The translations under genes were made by a program, and so were the position numbers. A DNA stretch of 64,000 bases from Eledone cirrhosa (lineage: Eukaryota). The stretch spans positions 44,392,001 to 44,456,000 of the forward strand of contig OZ024750.1 of assembly GCA_964016885.1 (NCBI GenBank), in the 5' to 3' direction. The notes under the pieces were generated by a model. It saw only the letters and a program-made list of their open reading frames with translations, searched no databases and was not told where the DNA came from. This document shows, in pieces, positions 1-18,000 of this stretch (its first letter is position 1; the number at the start of each line of letters is the position of its first letter).

Positions 1-3000
1 TCCCCTTATAATACAGAAGAAGAGATACATTTGTTGATGAACTGAGCTACATGATAAAAGTACAGACAGATTTACAGACCAAAACATAAACACATTCCCC
101 TTATTATACAGAAGAAGAGATACATTTGTTGATGAACTGAGCTACAAGATAAAAGCACAGACACATTTACAGACCAAAACATAAACACACTCCCCTTATA
201 ATACAGAAGAAGAGATACATTTGTTGATGAATTGAGCTACAAGATAAAAGTACAGACACATTTACAGACCAAAACATAAACACACTACCCTTATAATTCA
301 GAAGAAGAGATACATTTGTTGATGAACTGAGCCACAAGATAAAAATACAGTCCCATTTACAGACCAAAACATAAACACACTCCCCTTATAATACAGAAGA
401 AGAGATACATTTGTTGATGAATTGAGCTACGAGATAAAAGTACAAAAACGTTTACAGACCAAAATATGAACACACTCCCCTTATGATACAGAAGAAGAGA
501 TACATTTGTTGATGAACTGAGCTACAAGATAAAAGTACAGACACATTTACAGCCCAAAACATCAACACAATCCCCTTATAATACAGAAGAAGAGATACAA
601 TGGTTGATAAAATCAGAGTACAGACACATTTACAGACCAAAATATAAACACACTCCCCTTATAATACAGAAGAAGAGATACATTTGTTGATGAACTGAGC
701 TACAAGATAAAAGTACAGACACATTTACAGACCAAAACATAAACACACTCCCCTGATGATACAGAAGAAGAGATACATTTGTTGATGAACTGAGCTACAA
801 GATAAAAGCACAGACACATTTACAGACCAAAACATAAACACACTCCCCTTATAATACAGAAGAAGAGATACATTTGTTGATGAATTGAGCTACAAGATAA
901 TAGAAGAGACACATTTACAGACCAAAACATCAACACACTCCCCTTATAATACAGAAGAAGAGATACATTTGTTGATGAACTGAGCTACAAGATAAAAGTA
1001 CAGACAGATTTACAGACCAAAACATAAACACATTCCCCTTATAATACAGAAGAATAGAGACATTTGTTGATGAACTGAGCTGCAAGATAAAAGTACAGAC
1101 ACATTTACAGCCCAAAACATCAACACACTCCCCTTATAATACAGAAGAAGAAATACATTTGTTGATGAACTGAGCTACAAGATAAAAGTTCGGACACATT
1201 TACAGACCAAAACATAAACACACTACCCTTATAATACAGAAGAAGTGATACATTTGTTGATGTACTGAGCTACAAGATAAAAGTTCGGACACATTTACAG
1301 ACCAAAACATAAACACACTACCCTTATAATTCAGAAGAAGAGATACATTTGTTGATGAACTGAGCCACAATATTAAAATACAGTCCCATTTACAGACCAA
1401 AACATAAACACACTCCCCTTATAATACAGAAGAAGAGATACATTTGTTGATGAACTGAGCTACAAGATAAAAGTACAAAAACGTTTACAGACCAAAATAT
1501 AAACACACTCCCCTTATGATACAGAAGAAGAGATACATTTGTTGATGAACTGAGCTACAAGATAAAAGTACAGACACATTTACAGACCAAAACATAAACA
1601 CACTCCGCTGATGATACAGAAGAAGAGATACATTTGTTGATGAACTGAGCTACAAGATAAAAGTACAGACACATTTACAGACCAAAACATAAACACATTC
1701 CCCTTATAATACAGAAGAATAGATACATTTGTTGATGAACTGAGTTACAAGATAAAAGTACAGACACATTTACAGCCCAAAACATCAACACACTCCCCTT
1801 ATAATACAGAAGAAGAAATACATTTGTTGATGAACTGAGCTACAAGATAAAAGTTCGGACACATTTACACACCAAAACATAAACACACTACCCTTATAAT
1901 ACAGAAGAAGTGATACATTTGTTGATGTACTGAGCTACAAGATAACAGTACAGACACATTTACAGACTAAAACATAAACGCACTCCCCTTATCATACAGA
2001 AGAAGAGATATATTTGTTGATGAACTGAGCTACAAGATAAAAGAAGAGACACATTTACAGACCAAAACATCAACACACTCCCCTTATAATACAGAAGAAG
2101 AGATACAATGGTTGATAAAATCAGAGTACAGACACATTTACAGACCAAAACATAAACACACTCCCCTTATGATACAGAAGAAGAGATACACTTGTTGATG
2201 AACTGAGCTACAAGATAAAAGTACAGACACATTTACAGACCAAAGCACAAACACACTCTCCTTATAATACAGAAGAAGAGATACATTTGTTGATGAACTG
2301 AGCTACAAGATAAAAGCACAGACACATTTACAGACCAAAACATAAACACACTCCCCTTATAATACAGAAGAAGAGATACATTTGTTGATGAATTGAGCTA
2401 CAAGATAAAAGAAGAGACACATTTACAGACCAAAATATAAACACACTCCCCTTATAATACAGAAGAAGAGATACATTTGTTGATGAACTGAGATACATGA
2501 TAAAAGTACAGACAGATTTACAGACCAAAACATAAACACATTCCCCTTATTATACAGAAGAAGAGATACATTTGTTGATGAACTGAGCTACAAGATAAAA
2601 GCACAGACACATTTACAGACCAAAACATAAACACACTCCCCTTATAATACAGAAGAAGAGATACATTTGTTGATGAATTGAGCTACAAGATAAAAGTACA
2701 GACACATTTACAGACCAAAACATAAACACACTACCCTTATAATTCAGAAGAAGAGATACATTTGTTGATGAACTGAGCCACAAGATAAAAATACAGTCCC
2801 ATTTACAGACCAAAACATAAACACACTCCCCTTATAATACAGAAGAAGAGATACATTTGTTGATGAATTGAGCTACGAGATAAAAGTACAAAAACGTTTA
2901 CAGACCAAAATATGAACACACTCCCCTTATGATACAGAAGAAGAGATACATTTGTTGATGAACTGAGCTACAAGATAAAAGTACAGACACATTTACAGCC

Positions 3001-6000
3001 CAAAACATCAACACAATCCCCTTATAATACAGAAGAAGAGATACAATGGTTGATAAAATCAGAGTACAGACACATTTACAGACCAAAATATAAACACACT
3101 CCCCTTATAATACAGAAGAAGAGATACATTTGTTGATGAACTGAGCTACAAGATAAAAGTACAGACACATTTACAGACCAAAACATAAACACACTCCCCT
3201 GATGATACAGAAGAAGAGATACATTTGTTGATGAACTGAGCTACAAGATAAAAGCACAGACACATTTACAGACCAAAACATAAACACACTCCCCTTATAA
3301 TACAGAAGAAGAGATACATTTGTTGATGAATTGAGCTACAAGATAATAGAAGAGACACATTTACAGACCAAAACATCAACACACTCCCCTTATAATACAG
3401 AAGAAGAGATACATTTGTTGATGAACTGAGCTACAAGATAAAAGTACAGACAGATTTACAGACCAAAACATAAACACATTCCCCTTATAATACAGAAGAA
3501 TAGAGACATTTGTTGATGAACTGAGCTGCAAGATAAAAGTACAGACACATTTACAGCCCAAAACATCAACACACTCCCCTTATAATACAGAAGAAGAAAT
3601 ACATTTGTTGATGAACTGAGCTACAAGATAAAAGTTCGGACACATTTACAGACCAAAACATAAACACACTACCCTTATAATACAGAAGAAGTGATACATT
3701 TGTTGATGTACTGAGCTACAAGATAAAAGTTCGGACACATTTACAGACCAAAACATAAACACACTACCCTTATAATTCAGAAGAAGAGATACATTTGTTG
3801 ATGAACTGAGCCACAATATTAAAATACAGTCCCATTTACAGACCAAAACATAAACACACTCCCCTTATAATACAGAAGAAGAGATACATTTGTTGATGAA
3901 CTGAGCTACAAGATAAAAGTACAAAAACGTTTACAGACCAAAATATAAACACACTCCCCTTATGATACAGAAGAAGAGATACATTTGTTGATGAACTGAG
4001 CTACAAGATAAAAGTACAGACACATTTACAGACCAAAACATAAACACACTCCGCTGATGATACAGAAGAAGAGATACATTTGTTGATGAACTGAGCTACA
4101 AGATAAAAGTACAGACACATTTACAGACCAAAACATAAACACATTCCCCTTATAATACAGAAGAATAGATACATTTGTTGATGAACTGAGTTACAAGATA
4201 AAAGTACAGACACATTTACAGCCCAAAACATCAACACACTCCCCTTATAATACAGAAGAAGAAATACATTTGTTGATGAACTGAGCTACAAGATAAAAGT
4301 TCGGACACATTTACACACCAAAACATAAACACACTACCCTTATAATACAGAAGAAGTGATACATTTGTTGATGTACTGAGCTACAAGATAACAGTACAGA
4401 CACATTTACAGACTAAAACATAAACACACTCCCCTTATCATACAGAAGAAGAGATATATTTGTTGATGAACTGAGCTACAAGATAAAAGAAGAGACACAT
4501 TTACAGACCAAAACATCAACACACTCCCCTTATAATACAGAATAAGAGATACAATGGTTGATAAAATCAGAGTACAGACACATTTACAGACCAAAATATA
4601 AACACACTCCCCTTATAATACAGAAGAAGAGATACATTTGTTGATGAACTGAGCTACAAGATAAAAGTACAGACACATTTACAGACCAAAACATAAACAC
4701 ACTCCCCTGATGATACAGAAGAAGAGATACATTTGTTGATGAACTGAGCTACAAGATAAAAGCACAGACACATTTACAGACCAAAACATAAACACACTCC
4801 CCTTATAATACAGAAGAAGAGATACATTTGTTGATGAATTGAGCTACAAGATAATAGAAGAGACACATTTACAGACCAAAACATCAACACACTCCCCTTA
4901 TAATACAGAAGAAGAGATACATTTGTTGATGAACTGAGCTACAAGATAAAAGTACAGACAGATTTACAGACCAAAACATAAACACATTCCCCTTATAATA
5001 CAGAAGAATAGAGACATTTGTTGATGAACTGAGCTGCAAGATAAAAGTACAGACACATTTACAGCCCAAAACATCAACACACTCCCCTTATAATACAGAA
5101 GAAGAAATACATTTGTTGATGAACTGAGCTACAAGATAAAAGTTCGGACACATTTACAGACCAAAACATAAACACACTACCCTTATAATACAGAAGAAGT
5201 GATACATTTGTTGATGTACTGAGCTACAAGATAAAAGTTCGGACACATTTACAGACCAAAACATAAACACACTACCCTTATAATTCAGAAGAAGAGATAC
5301 ATTTGTTGATGAACTGAGCCACAATATTAAAATACAGTCCCATTTACAGACCAAAACATAAACACACTCCCCTTATAATACAGAAGAAGAGATACATTTG
5401 TTGATGAACTGAGCTACAAGATAAAAGTACAAAAACGTTTACAGACCAAAATATAAACACACTCCCCTTATGATACAGAAGAAGAGATACATTTGTTGAT
5501 GAACTGAGCTACAAGATAAAAGTACAGACACATTTACAGCCCAAAACATCAACACACTCCCCTTATAATACAGAAGAAGGAATACATTTGTTGATGAACT
5601 GATCTACAAGATAAAAGTTCGGACACATTTACAGACCAAAACATAAACACACTACCCTTATAATACAGAAGAAGTGATACATTTGTTGATGTACAGAGCT
5701 ACAAGATAACAGTACAGACACATTTACAGACTAAAACATAAACACACTCCCCTTATCATACAGAAGAAGAGATATATTTGTTGATGAACTGAGCTACAAG
5801 ATAAAAGAAGAGACACATTTACAGACCAAAACATCAACACACTCCCCTTATAATACAGAAGAAGAGATACAATGGTTGATAAAATCAGAGTACAGTCACA
5901 TTTACAGACCAAAATATAAACACACTCCCCTTATAATACAGAAGAAGAGATACATTTGTTGATGAACTGAGCTACAAGATAAAAGTACAGACACATTTAC

Positions 6001-9000
6001 AGACCAAAACATAAACACACTCCCCTGATGATACAGAAGAAGAGATACATTTGTTGATGAACTGAGCTACAAGATAAAAGTACAGACACATTTACAGACC
6101 AAAACATAAACACATTCCCCTTATAATACAGAAGAATAGATACATTTGTTGATGAACTGAGTTACAAGATAAAAGTACAGACACATTTACAGCCCAAAAC
6201 ATCAACACACTCCCCTTATAATACAGAAGAAGAAATACATTTGTTGATGAACTGAGCTACAAGATAAAAGTTCGGACACATTTACACACCAAAACATAAA
6301 CACACTACCCTTATAATACAGAAGAAGTGATACATTTGTTGATGTACTGAGCTACAAGATAACAGTACAGACACATTTACAGACTAAAACATAAACGCAC
6401 TCCCCTTATCATACAGAAGAAGAGATATATTTGTTGATGAACTGAGCTACAAGATAAAAGAAGAGACACATTTACAGACCAAAACATCAACACACTCCCC
6501 TTATAATACAGAAGAAGAGATACAATGGTTGATAAAATCAGAGTACAGACACATTTACAGACCAAAACATAAACACACTCCCCTTATGATACAGAAGAAG
6601 AGATACACTTGTTGATGAACTGAGCTACAAGATAAAAGTACAGACACATTTACAGACCAAAGCACAAACACACTCTCCTTATAATACAGAAGAAGAGATA
6701 CATTTGTTGATGAACTGAGCTACAAGATAAAAGCACAGACACATTTACAGACCAAAACATAAACACACTCCCCTTATAATACAGAAGAAGAGATACATTT
6801 GTTGATGAATTGAGCTACAAGATAAAAGAAGAGACACATTTACAGACCAAAATATAAACACACTCCCCTTATAATACAGAAGAAGAGATACATTTGTTGA
6901 TGAACTGAGCTACATGATAAAAGTACAGACAGATTTACAGACCAAAACATAAACACATTCCCCTTATTATACAGAAGAAGAGATACATTTGTTGATGAAC
7001 TGAGCTACAAGATAAAAGCACAGACACATTTACAGACCAAAACATAAACACACTCCCCTTATAATACAGAAGAAGAGATACATTTGTTGATGAATTGAGC
7101 TACAAGATAAAAGTACAGACACATTTACAGACCAAAACATAAACACACTACCCTTATAATTCAGAAGAAGAGATACATTTGTTGATGAACTGAGCCACAA
7201 GATAAAAATACAGTCCCATTTACAGACCAAAACATAAACACACTCCCCTTATAATACAGAAGAAGAGATACATTTGTTGATGAATTGAGCTACGAGATAA
7301 AAGTACAAAAACGTTTACAGACCAAAATATGAACACACTCCCCTTATGATACAGAAGAAGAGATACATTTGTTGATGAACTGAGCTACAAGATAAAAGTA
7401 CAGACACATTTACAGCCCAAAACATCAACACAATCCCCTTATAATACAGAAGAAGAAATACATTTGTTGATGAACTGAGCTACAAGATAAAAGTTAGGAC
7501 ACATTTACAGACCAAAACATAAACACACTACCCTTATAATACAGAAGAAGTGATACATTTGTTGATGTACTGAGCTACAAGATAACAGTACAGACACATT
7601 TACAGACTAAAACATAAACACACTCCCCTTATCATACAGAAGAAGAGATATATTTGTTGATGAACTGAGCTACGAGATAAAAGAAGAGACACATTTACAG
7701 ACCAAAACATCAACACACTCCCCTTATAATACAGAAGAAGAGATACAATGGTTGATGAACTGAGCTACAAGATAAAAGTACAGACACATTTACACACCAA
7801 AACATAAACAAATTCCCCTTATAATACAGAAGAAAAGATACATTTGTTGATGAACTGAGTTACAAGATAAAAGTACAGACACATTTACAGCCCAAAACAT
7901 CAACACACTCCCCTTATAATACAGAAGAAGAAATACATTTGTTGATGAACTGAGCTACAAGATAAAAGTTCGGACACATTTACAGACCAAAACATAAACA
8001 CACTACCCTTATAATACAGAAGAAGTGATACATTTGTTGATGTACTGAGCTACAATATAACAGTACAGACACATTTACAGACTAAAACATAAACACACTC
8101 CCCTTATCATACAGAAGAAGAGATATATTTGTTGATGAACTGAGCTACAAGATAAAACAAGAGACACATTTACAGACCAAAACATCAACACACTCCCCTT
8201 ATAATACAGAAGAAGAGATACAATGGTTGATAAAATCAGAGTACAGACACATTTACAGACCAAAATATAAACACACTCCCCTTATAATACAGAAGAAGAG
8301 ATACATTTGTTGATGAACTGAGTTACAAGATAAAAGTACAGACACATTTACAGCCCAAAACATCAATACACTCCCCTTATAATACAGAAGAAGAAATACA
8401 TTTGTTGATGAACTGAGCTACAAGATAAAAGAAGAGACACATTTACAGTCCAAAACATAAACACACTACCCTTATAATACAGAAGAAGTGATACATTTGT
8501 TGATGTACTGAGCTACAAGATAACAGTACAGACACATTTACAGACTAAAACATAAACATACTCCCCTTGTGATACAGAAGAAGAGATATATTTGTTGATG
8601 AACTGAGCTACAAAATAAAAGAAGAGACACATTTACAGACCAAAACATCAACACACTCCCCTTATAATACAGAAGAAGAGATACAATGGTTGATAAAATC
8701 AGAGTACAGACACATTTACAGACCAAAATATAAACACACTCCCCTTATGATACAGAAGAAGAGATACATTTGTTGATGAACTGAGCTACAAGATAAAAGT
8801 ACAGACACATTTACAGACCAAAACATAAACACACTCCCCTTATGATACAGAAGAAGAGATACACTTGTTGATGAACTGAGCTACAAGATAAAAGTACAGA
8901 CACATTTACAGACCAAAGCACAAACACACTCTCCTTATAATACAGAAGAAGAGATACATTTGTTGATGAACTGAGCTACAAGATAAAAGTACAGACAGAT

Positions 9001-12000
9001 TTACAGACCAAAACATAAACACATTCCCCTCATAATACAGAAGAAGTGATACATTTGTTGATGTACTGAGCTACAAGATAACAGTACAGACACATTTACA
9101 GACTAAAACATAAACACACTCCCCTTATCATACAGAAGAAGAGATATATTTGTTGATGAACTGAGCTACAAGATAAAAGAAGAGACACATTTACAGACCA
9201 AAACATCAACACACTCCCCTTATAATACAGAAGAAGAGATACAATGGTTGATGAACTGAGCTACAAGATAAAAGTACAGACACATTTACACACCAAAACA
9301 TAAACACATTCCCCTTATAATACAGAAGAAAAGATACATTTGTTGATGAACTGAGTTACAAGATAAAAGTACAGACACATTTACAGCCCAAAACATCAAC
9401 ACACTCCCCTTATAATACAGAAGAAGTAATACATTTGTTGATGAACTGAGCTACAAGATAAAAGTTCGGACACATTTACAGACCAAAACATAAACACACT
9501 ACCCTTATAATACAGAAGAAGTGATACATTTGTTGATGTACTGAGCTACAAGATAACAGTACAGACACATTTACAGACTAAAACATAAACACACTCCCCT
9601 TATCATACAGAAGAAGAGATATATTTGTTGATGAACTGAGCTACAAGATAAAAGAAGAGACACATTTACAGACCAAAACATCAACACACTCCCCTTATAA
9701 TACAGAAGAAGAGATACAATGGTTGATAAAATCAGAGTACAGACACATTTACAGACCAAAATATAAACACACTCCCCTTATAATACAGAAGAAGAGATAC
9801 ATTTGTTGATGAACTGAGCTACAAGATAAAAGTACAGGCACATTTACAGACCAAAATATAAACACACTCCTCTTATAATACAGAAGAAGAGATATATTTG
9901 TTGATGAACTGAGCTACAAGATAAAAGAAGAGACACATTTACAGACCAAAACATCAACACACTCCCCTTATAATACAGAAGCAGAGATACATTTGTTGAT
10001 GAACTGAGCTACAAGATAAAAGAAGAGACACATTTACAGACCAAAACATAAACACACACCCCTGATGATACAGAAGAAGAGATACATTTGTTGACGGACT
10101 GAGCTACAAGATAAAAGTACAGACACATTTATAGACCAAAACATAAACACATTCCCCTTATAATACAGAAGAATAGATACATTTGTTGATGAACTGAGTT
10201 ACAAGATAAAAGTACAGACACATTTACAGCCCAAAACATCAACACACTCCCCTTATAATACAGAAGAAGAAATACATTTGTTGATGAACTGAGCTACAAG
10301 ATAAAAGTTCGGACACATTTACAGACCAAAACATAAACACACTACCCTTATAATACAGAAGAAGTGATACATTTGTTGATGTACTGAGCTACAAGATAAC
10401 AGTACAGACACATTTACAGACTAAAACATAAACATACTCCCCTTGTGATACAGAAGAAGAGATATATTTGTTGATGAACTGAGCTACAAAATAAAAGAAG
10501 AGACACAGTTACAGACCAAAACATCAACACACTCCCCTTATAATACAGAAGAAGAGATACAATGGTTGATAAAATCAGAGTACAGACACATTTACAGACC
10601 AAAATATAAACACACTCCCCTTATGATACAGAAGAAGAGATACATTTGTTGATGAACTGAGCTACAAGATAAAAGTACAGACACATTTACAGACCAAAAC
10701 ATAAACACACTCCCCTTATGATACAGAAGAAGAGATACACTTGTTGATGAACTGAGCTACAAGATAAAAGTACAGACACATTTACAGACCAAAGCACAAA
10801 CACACTCTCCTTATAATACAGAAGAAGAGATACATTTGTTGATGAACTGAGCTACAAGATAAAAGTACAGACAGATTTACAGACCAAAACATAAACACAT
10901 TCCCCTTATAATACAGGAGAAGAGATACATTTGTTGATGAACTGAGCTACAAGATAAAAGCACAGACACATTTACAGACCAAAACATAAACACACTCCCC
11001 TTATAATACAGAAGAAGAGATACATTTGTTGATGAATTGAGCTACAAGATAAAAGAAGAGACACATTTACAGACCAAAACATCAACACACTCCCCTTATA
11101 ATACAGAAGAAGAGATACATTTGTTGATGAACTGAGCTACAAGATAAAAGTACAGACAGATTTACAGACCAAAACATAAACACATTCCCCTTATAATACA
11201 GAAGAAGAGATACATTTGTTGATGAACTGAGCTACAAGATAAAAGCACAGACACATTTACAGACCAAAACATACACACACTACCCTTATAATACAGAAGA
11301 AGAGATACATTTGTTGATGAACTGAGCTACAAAATAAAAGAAGAGACACATTTACAGACCAAAACATCAACACACTCCCCTTATAATACAGAAGAAGAGA
11401 TACAATGGTTGATAAAATCAGAGTACAGACACATTTACAGACCAAAATATAAACACACTCCCCTTATAATACAGAAGAAGAGATACATTTGTTGATGAAC
11501 TGAGTTACAAGATAAAAGTACAGACACATTTACAGCCCAAAACATCAACACACTCCCCTTATAATACAGAAGAAGAGATACAATGGTTGATAAAATCAGA
11601 GTACAGACACATTTACAGACCAAAATATAAACACACTCCCCTTATGATACAGAAGAAGAGATACATTTGTTGATGAACTGAGCTACAAGATAAAAGTACA
11701 GACACATTTACAGACCAAAACATAAACACACTCCCCTTATGATACAGAAGAAGAGATACACTTGTTGATGAACTGAGCTACAAGATAAAAGTACAGACAC
11801 ATTTACAGACCAAAGCACAAACACACTCTCCTTATAATACAGAAGAAGAGATACATTTGTTGATGAACTGAGCTACAAGATAAAAGTACAGACAGATTTA
11901 CAGACCAAAACATAAACACATTCCCCTTATAATACAGAAGAAGTGATACATTTGTTGATGTACTGAGCTACAAGATAACAGTACAGACACATTTACAGAC

Positions 12001-15000
12001 TAAAACATAAACACACTCCCCTTATCATACAGAAGAAGAGATATATTTGTTGATGAACTGAGCTACAAGATAAAAGAAGAGACACATTTACAGACCAAAA
12101 CATCAACACACTCCCCTTATAATACAGAAGAAGAGATACAATGGTTGATGAACTGAGCTACAAGATAAAAGTACAGACACATTTACACACCAAAACATAA
12201 ACACATTCCCCTTATAATACAGAAGAAAAGATACATTTGTTGATGAACTGAGTTACAAGATAAAAGTACAGACACATTTACAGCCCAAAACATCAACACA
12301 CTCCCCTTATAATACAGAAGAAGAAATACATTTGTTGATCAACTGAGCTACAAGATAAAAGTTCGGACACATTTACAGACCAAAACATAAACACACTACC
12401 CTTATAATACAGAAGAAGTGATACATTTGTTGATGTACTGAGCTACAAGATAACAGTACAGACACATTTACAGACTAAAACATAAACACACTCCCCTTAT
12501 CATACAGAAGAAGAGATATATTTGTTGATGAACTGAGCTACAAGATAAAAGAAGAGACACATTTACAGACCAAAACATCAACACACTCCCCTTATAATAC
12601 AGAAGAAGAGATACAATGGTTGATAAAATCAGAGTACAGACACATTTACAGACCAAAATATAAACACACTCCCCTTATAATACAGAAGAAGAGATACATT
12701 TGTTGATGAACTGAGCTACAAGATAAAAGTACAGGCACATTTACAGACCAAAATATAAACACACTCCTCTTATAATACAGAAGAAGAGATATATTTGTTG
12801 ATGAACTGAGCTACAAGATAAAAGAAGAGACACATTTACAGACCAAAACATCAACACACTCCCCTTATAATACAGAAGAAGAGATACATTTGTTGATGAA
12901 CTGAGCTACAAGATAAAAGAAGAGACACATTTACAGACCAAAACGTAAACACACACCCCTGATGATACAGAAGAAGAGATACATTTGTTGACGGACTGAG
13001 CTACAAGATAAAAGTACAGACACATTTATAGACCAAAACATAAACACATTCCCCTTATAATACAGAAGAATAGATACATTTGTTGATGAACTGAGTTACA
13101 AGATAAAAGTACAGACACATTTACAGCCCAAAACATCAACACACTCCCCTTATAATACAGAAGAAGAAATACATTTGTTGATGAACTGAGCTACAAGATA
13201 AAAGTTCGGACACATTTACAGACCAAAACATAAACACACTACCCTTATAATACAGAAGAAGTGATACATTTGTTGATGTACTGAGCTACAAGATAACAGT
13301 ACAGACACATTTACAGACTAAAACATAAACATACTCCCCTTGTGATACAGAAGAAGAGATATATTTGTTGATGAACTGAGCTACAAAATAAAAGAAGAGA
13401 CACATTTACAGACCAAAACATCAACAGACTCCCCTTATAATACAGAAGAAGAGATACAATGGTTGATAAAATCAGAGTACAGACACATTTACAGACCAAA
13501 ATATAAACACACTCCCCTTATGATACAGAAGAAGAGATACATTTGTTGATGAACTGAGCTACAAGATAAAAGTACAGACACATTTACAGACCAAAACATA
13601 AACACACTCCCCTTATGATACAGAAGAAGAGATACACTTGTTGATGAACTGAGCTACAAGATAAAAGTACAGACACATTTACAGACCAAAGCACAAACAC
13701 ACTCTCCTTATAATACAGAAGAAGAGAAACATTTGTTGATGAACTGAGCTACAAGATAAAAGTACAGACAGATTTACAGACCAAAACATAAACACATTCC
13801 CCTTATAATACAGGAGAAGAGATACATTTGTTGATGAACTGAGCTACAAGATAAAAGCACAGACACATTTACAGACCAAAACATAAACACACTCCCCTTA
13901 TAATACAGAAGAAGAGATACATTTGTTGATGAATTGAGCTACAAGATAAAAGAAGAGACACATTTACAGACCAAAACATCAACACACTCCCCTTATAATA
14001 CAGAAGAAGAGATACATTTGTTGATGAACTGAGCTACAAGATAAAAGTACAGACAGATTTACAGACCAAAACATAAACACATTCCCCTTATAATACAGAA
14101 GAAGAGATACATTTGTTGATGAACTGAGCTACAAGATAAAAGCACAGACACATTTACAGACCAAAACATAAACACACTACCCTTATAATACAGAAGAAGA
14201 GATACATTTGTTGATGAATTGAGCTACAAGATAAAAGTACAGACACATTTACAGACCAAAACATAAACACACTACCCTTATAATTCAGAAGAAGAGATAC
14301 ATTTGTTGATGAACTGACCCACAAGATAAAAATACAGTCCCATTTACAGACCAAAATATAAACACACGCCCCTTATAATACAAAAGAAGAGATACATTTG
14401 TTGATGAACTGAGCTACAAGATAAAAGTACAGACACATTTACAGCCCAAAACATCAACACACTCCCCTTATAATACAGAAGAAGAAATACATTTGTTGAT
14501 GAACTGAGCTACAAGATAAAAGTTCGGACACATTTACAGACCAAAACATAAACACACTACCCTTATAATACAGAAGAAGTGATACATTTGTTGATTACTG
14601 AGCTACAAGATAACAGTACAGACACATTTACAGACCAAAATATAAACACACTCCTCTTATAATACAGAAGAAGAGATACATTTGTTGATGAACTGAGCTA
14701 CAAGATAAAAGTACAGACACATTTACAGACCAAAATATAAACACACTCCTCTTATAATACGGAAGAAGAGATACATTTGTTGATGAACTGAGATACAAGA
14801 TAAAAGTTCGGACACATTTACAGACCAAAACATCAACACGCTGCTCTTATAATACAGAAGAAGAGATAGATTTGTTGATGTACTGAGCTACAAGATAAAA
14901 GTACAGACACATTTACAGACCAAAACATAAACACACTCCGCATATAATAAAGAAGAAGTGATACATATGTTGATGTACTGAGCTACAAGATAACAGTACA

Positions 15001-18000
15001 GACACATTTACAGACTAAAACATAAACACACTCCCCTTATAATATAGAAGAAGAGATACAGTTGTGGATGAACTGAGCTACAAGATAACAGTACAGATAC
15101 ATTTACAGACCCAAACATAAACACACTCCTCTTATAATACAGAAGAATAGATTCATTTGTTGGTGAACTGAGCTACAAGATATAAGTACAGACACATTTA
15201 CAGACCAAAACATAAACACACTCCTCTTATAATACAGAAGAGATACATTTGTTGATGAACTGAGCTAAAAGACAAAAGGACAGACACATTTACAGACCAA
15301 AACATAAACACACTCCTCTTATAATACAGAAGAAGAGATTCATTTGTTGATGAACTGAGCTTCAAGAAAAAAATACAGACACATTTACAGACCAAAACAT
15401 AAACACACGCCCCTTATAATACAGAAGAAGTGATACATTTGTTGATGAACTGAGCTACAAGAAAAACGTACAGACACATTTACAGACCAAAACCTAAACA
15501 CACACATCTTATAATACAGAAGAAGAGATACATTTGTTGATGAACTGAGCTACAAGATGAACAGTACAGACACATTTACAGACCAATACATAAACACACT
15601 CCTCTTATAATACAGAAGAAGAGATACATTTGTTTATGAACTGAGCTACAAGATAAAAGTACAGACAGATTTACAGACCAAAACATAAACACATTCCCCT
15701 TATAATACAGAAGAAGAGATACATTTGTTGATGAACTGAGCTACAAGATAAAAGTACAGACACATTTACAGACCAAAACATAAAAACACTACTCTTATAA
15801 TTCAGAAGAAGAGATACATTTGTTGATGAACTGAGCCACAACATAAAAATACAATCCCATTTACAGACCAAAACATAAACACACTCCCCTTATAATACAG
15901 AAGAAGAGATAGATTTGTTGATGAACTGAGCTACAAGATAAAAGTACAGACAGATTTACAGACCAAAACATAAACACATTCCCCTTATAATACAGAAGAA
16001 GAGATTCATTTGTTGATGAACTGAGCTACAAGATAAAAGAAGAGACACATTTACAGACCAAAACATCAACACACTCCCCTTATAATACAGAAAAAGAGAT
16101 ACAATGGTTGATAAAATCAGAGTACAGACACATTTACAGACGAAAATATAAACACACTCCCCTTATAATACAGAAGAAGAGATACATTTGTTGATGAACT
16201 GAGCTACAAGATAAAAGTACAGACACATTTACAGACCAAAATATAAACACACTCCACTTATAATACAGAAGAAGAGATACATTTCTTGATGAACTGAGCT
16301 ACAGGATAAAAGTACAGACACATTTACAGACCAAAACATCAACACGCTGCCCTTATAATACAGAAGAAGAGATAGATTTGTTGATGTACTGAGCTACAAG
16401 ATAAAAGTACAGACACATTTACAGACCCAAACATAAACACACTCCGCTTATAATACAGAAGAAGTGATACATATGTTGATGTACTGAGCTACAAGATAAC
16501 AGTACAGACACATTTACAGACTAAAACATAAACACACTCCCCTTATCATACAGAAGAAGAGATATATTTGTTGATGAACTGTGCTACAAGATAAAAGAAG
16601 AGACACATTTACAGACCAAAACATCAACACACTCCCCTTATAATACAGAAGAAGAGATACAATGGTTGATAAAATCAGAGTAGAGACACATTTACAGACC
16701 AAAATATAAACACACTCCCCTTATAATACAGAAGAAGAGATACATTTGTTGATGAACTGAGCTACAAGATAAAAGTACAGACACATTTACAGACCAAAAT
16801 ATAAACACACTCCTCTTATAATACAGAAGAAGAGATACATTTGTTGATGAACTGAGCTACAGGATAAAAGTACAGACACATTTACAGACCAAAACATCAA
16901 CACGCTGCCCTTATAATACAGAAGAAGAGATAGATTTGTTGATGTACTGAGCTACAAGATAAAAGTACAGACACATTTACAGACCCAAACATAAACACAC
17001 TCCGCTTATAATACAGAAGAAGTGATACATATGTTGATGTACTGAGCTACAAGATAACAGTACAGACACATTTACAGACTAAAACATAAACACAGTCCCC
17101 TTATAATATAGAAGAAGAGATACATTTGTGGATGAACTGAGCTACAAGATAACAGTACAGATACATTTACAGGCCAAAACATAAACACACTCCTCTTATA
17201 ATACAGAAGAATAGATTCATTTGTTGGTGAACTGAGCTACAAGATATAAGTACAGACACATTTACAGACCAAAACATAAACACACTCCTCTTATAATACA
17301 GAAGAGATACATTTGTTGATGAACTGAGCTAAAAGACAAAAGGACAGACACATTTACAGACCAAAACATAAACACACTCCTCTTATAATACAGAAGAAGA
17401 GATTCATTTGTTGATGAACTGAGCTTCAAGAAAAAAATACAGACACATTTACAGACCAAAACATAAACACACGCCCCTTATAATACAGAAGAAGTGATAC
17501 ATTTGTTGATGAACTGAGCTACAAGAAAAACGTACAGACACATTTACAGACCAAAACCTAAACACACACATCTTATAATACAGAAGAAGAGATACATTTG
17601 TTGATGAACTGAGCTACAAGATGAACAGTACAGACACATTTACAGACCAATACATAAACACACTCCTCTTATAATACAGAAGAAGAGATACATTTGTTTA
17701 TGAACTGAGCTACAAGATAAAAGTACAGACAGATTTACAGACCAAAACATAAACACATTCCCCTTATAATACAGAAGAAGAGATACATTTGTTGATGAAC
17801 TGAGCTACAAGATAAAAGTACAGACACATTTACAGACCAAAACATAAAAACACTACTCTTATAATTCAGAAGAAGAGATACATTTGTTGATGAACTGAGC
17901 CACAACATAAAAATACAATCCCATTTACAGACCAAAACATAAACACACTCCCCTTATAATACAGAAGAAGAGATAGATTTGTTGATGAACTGAGCTACAA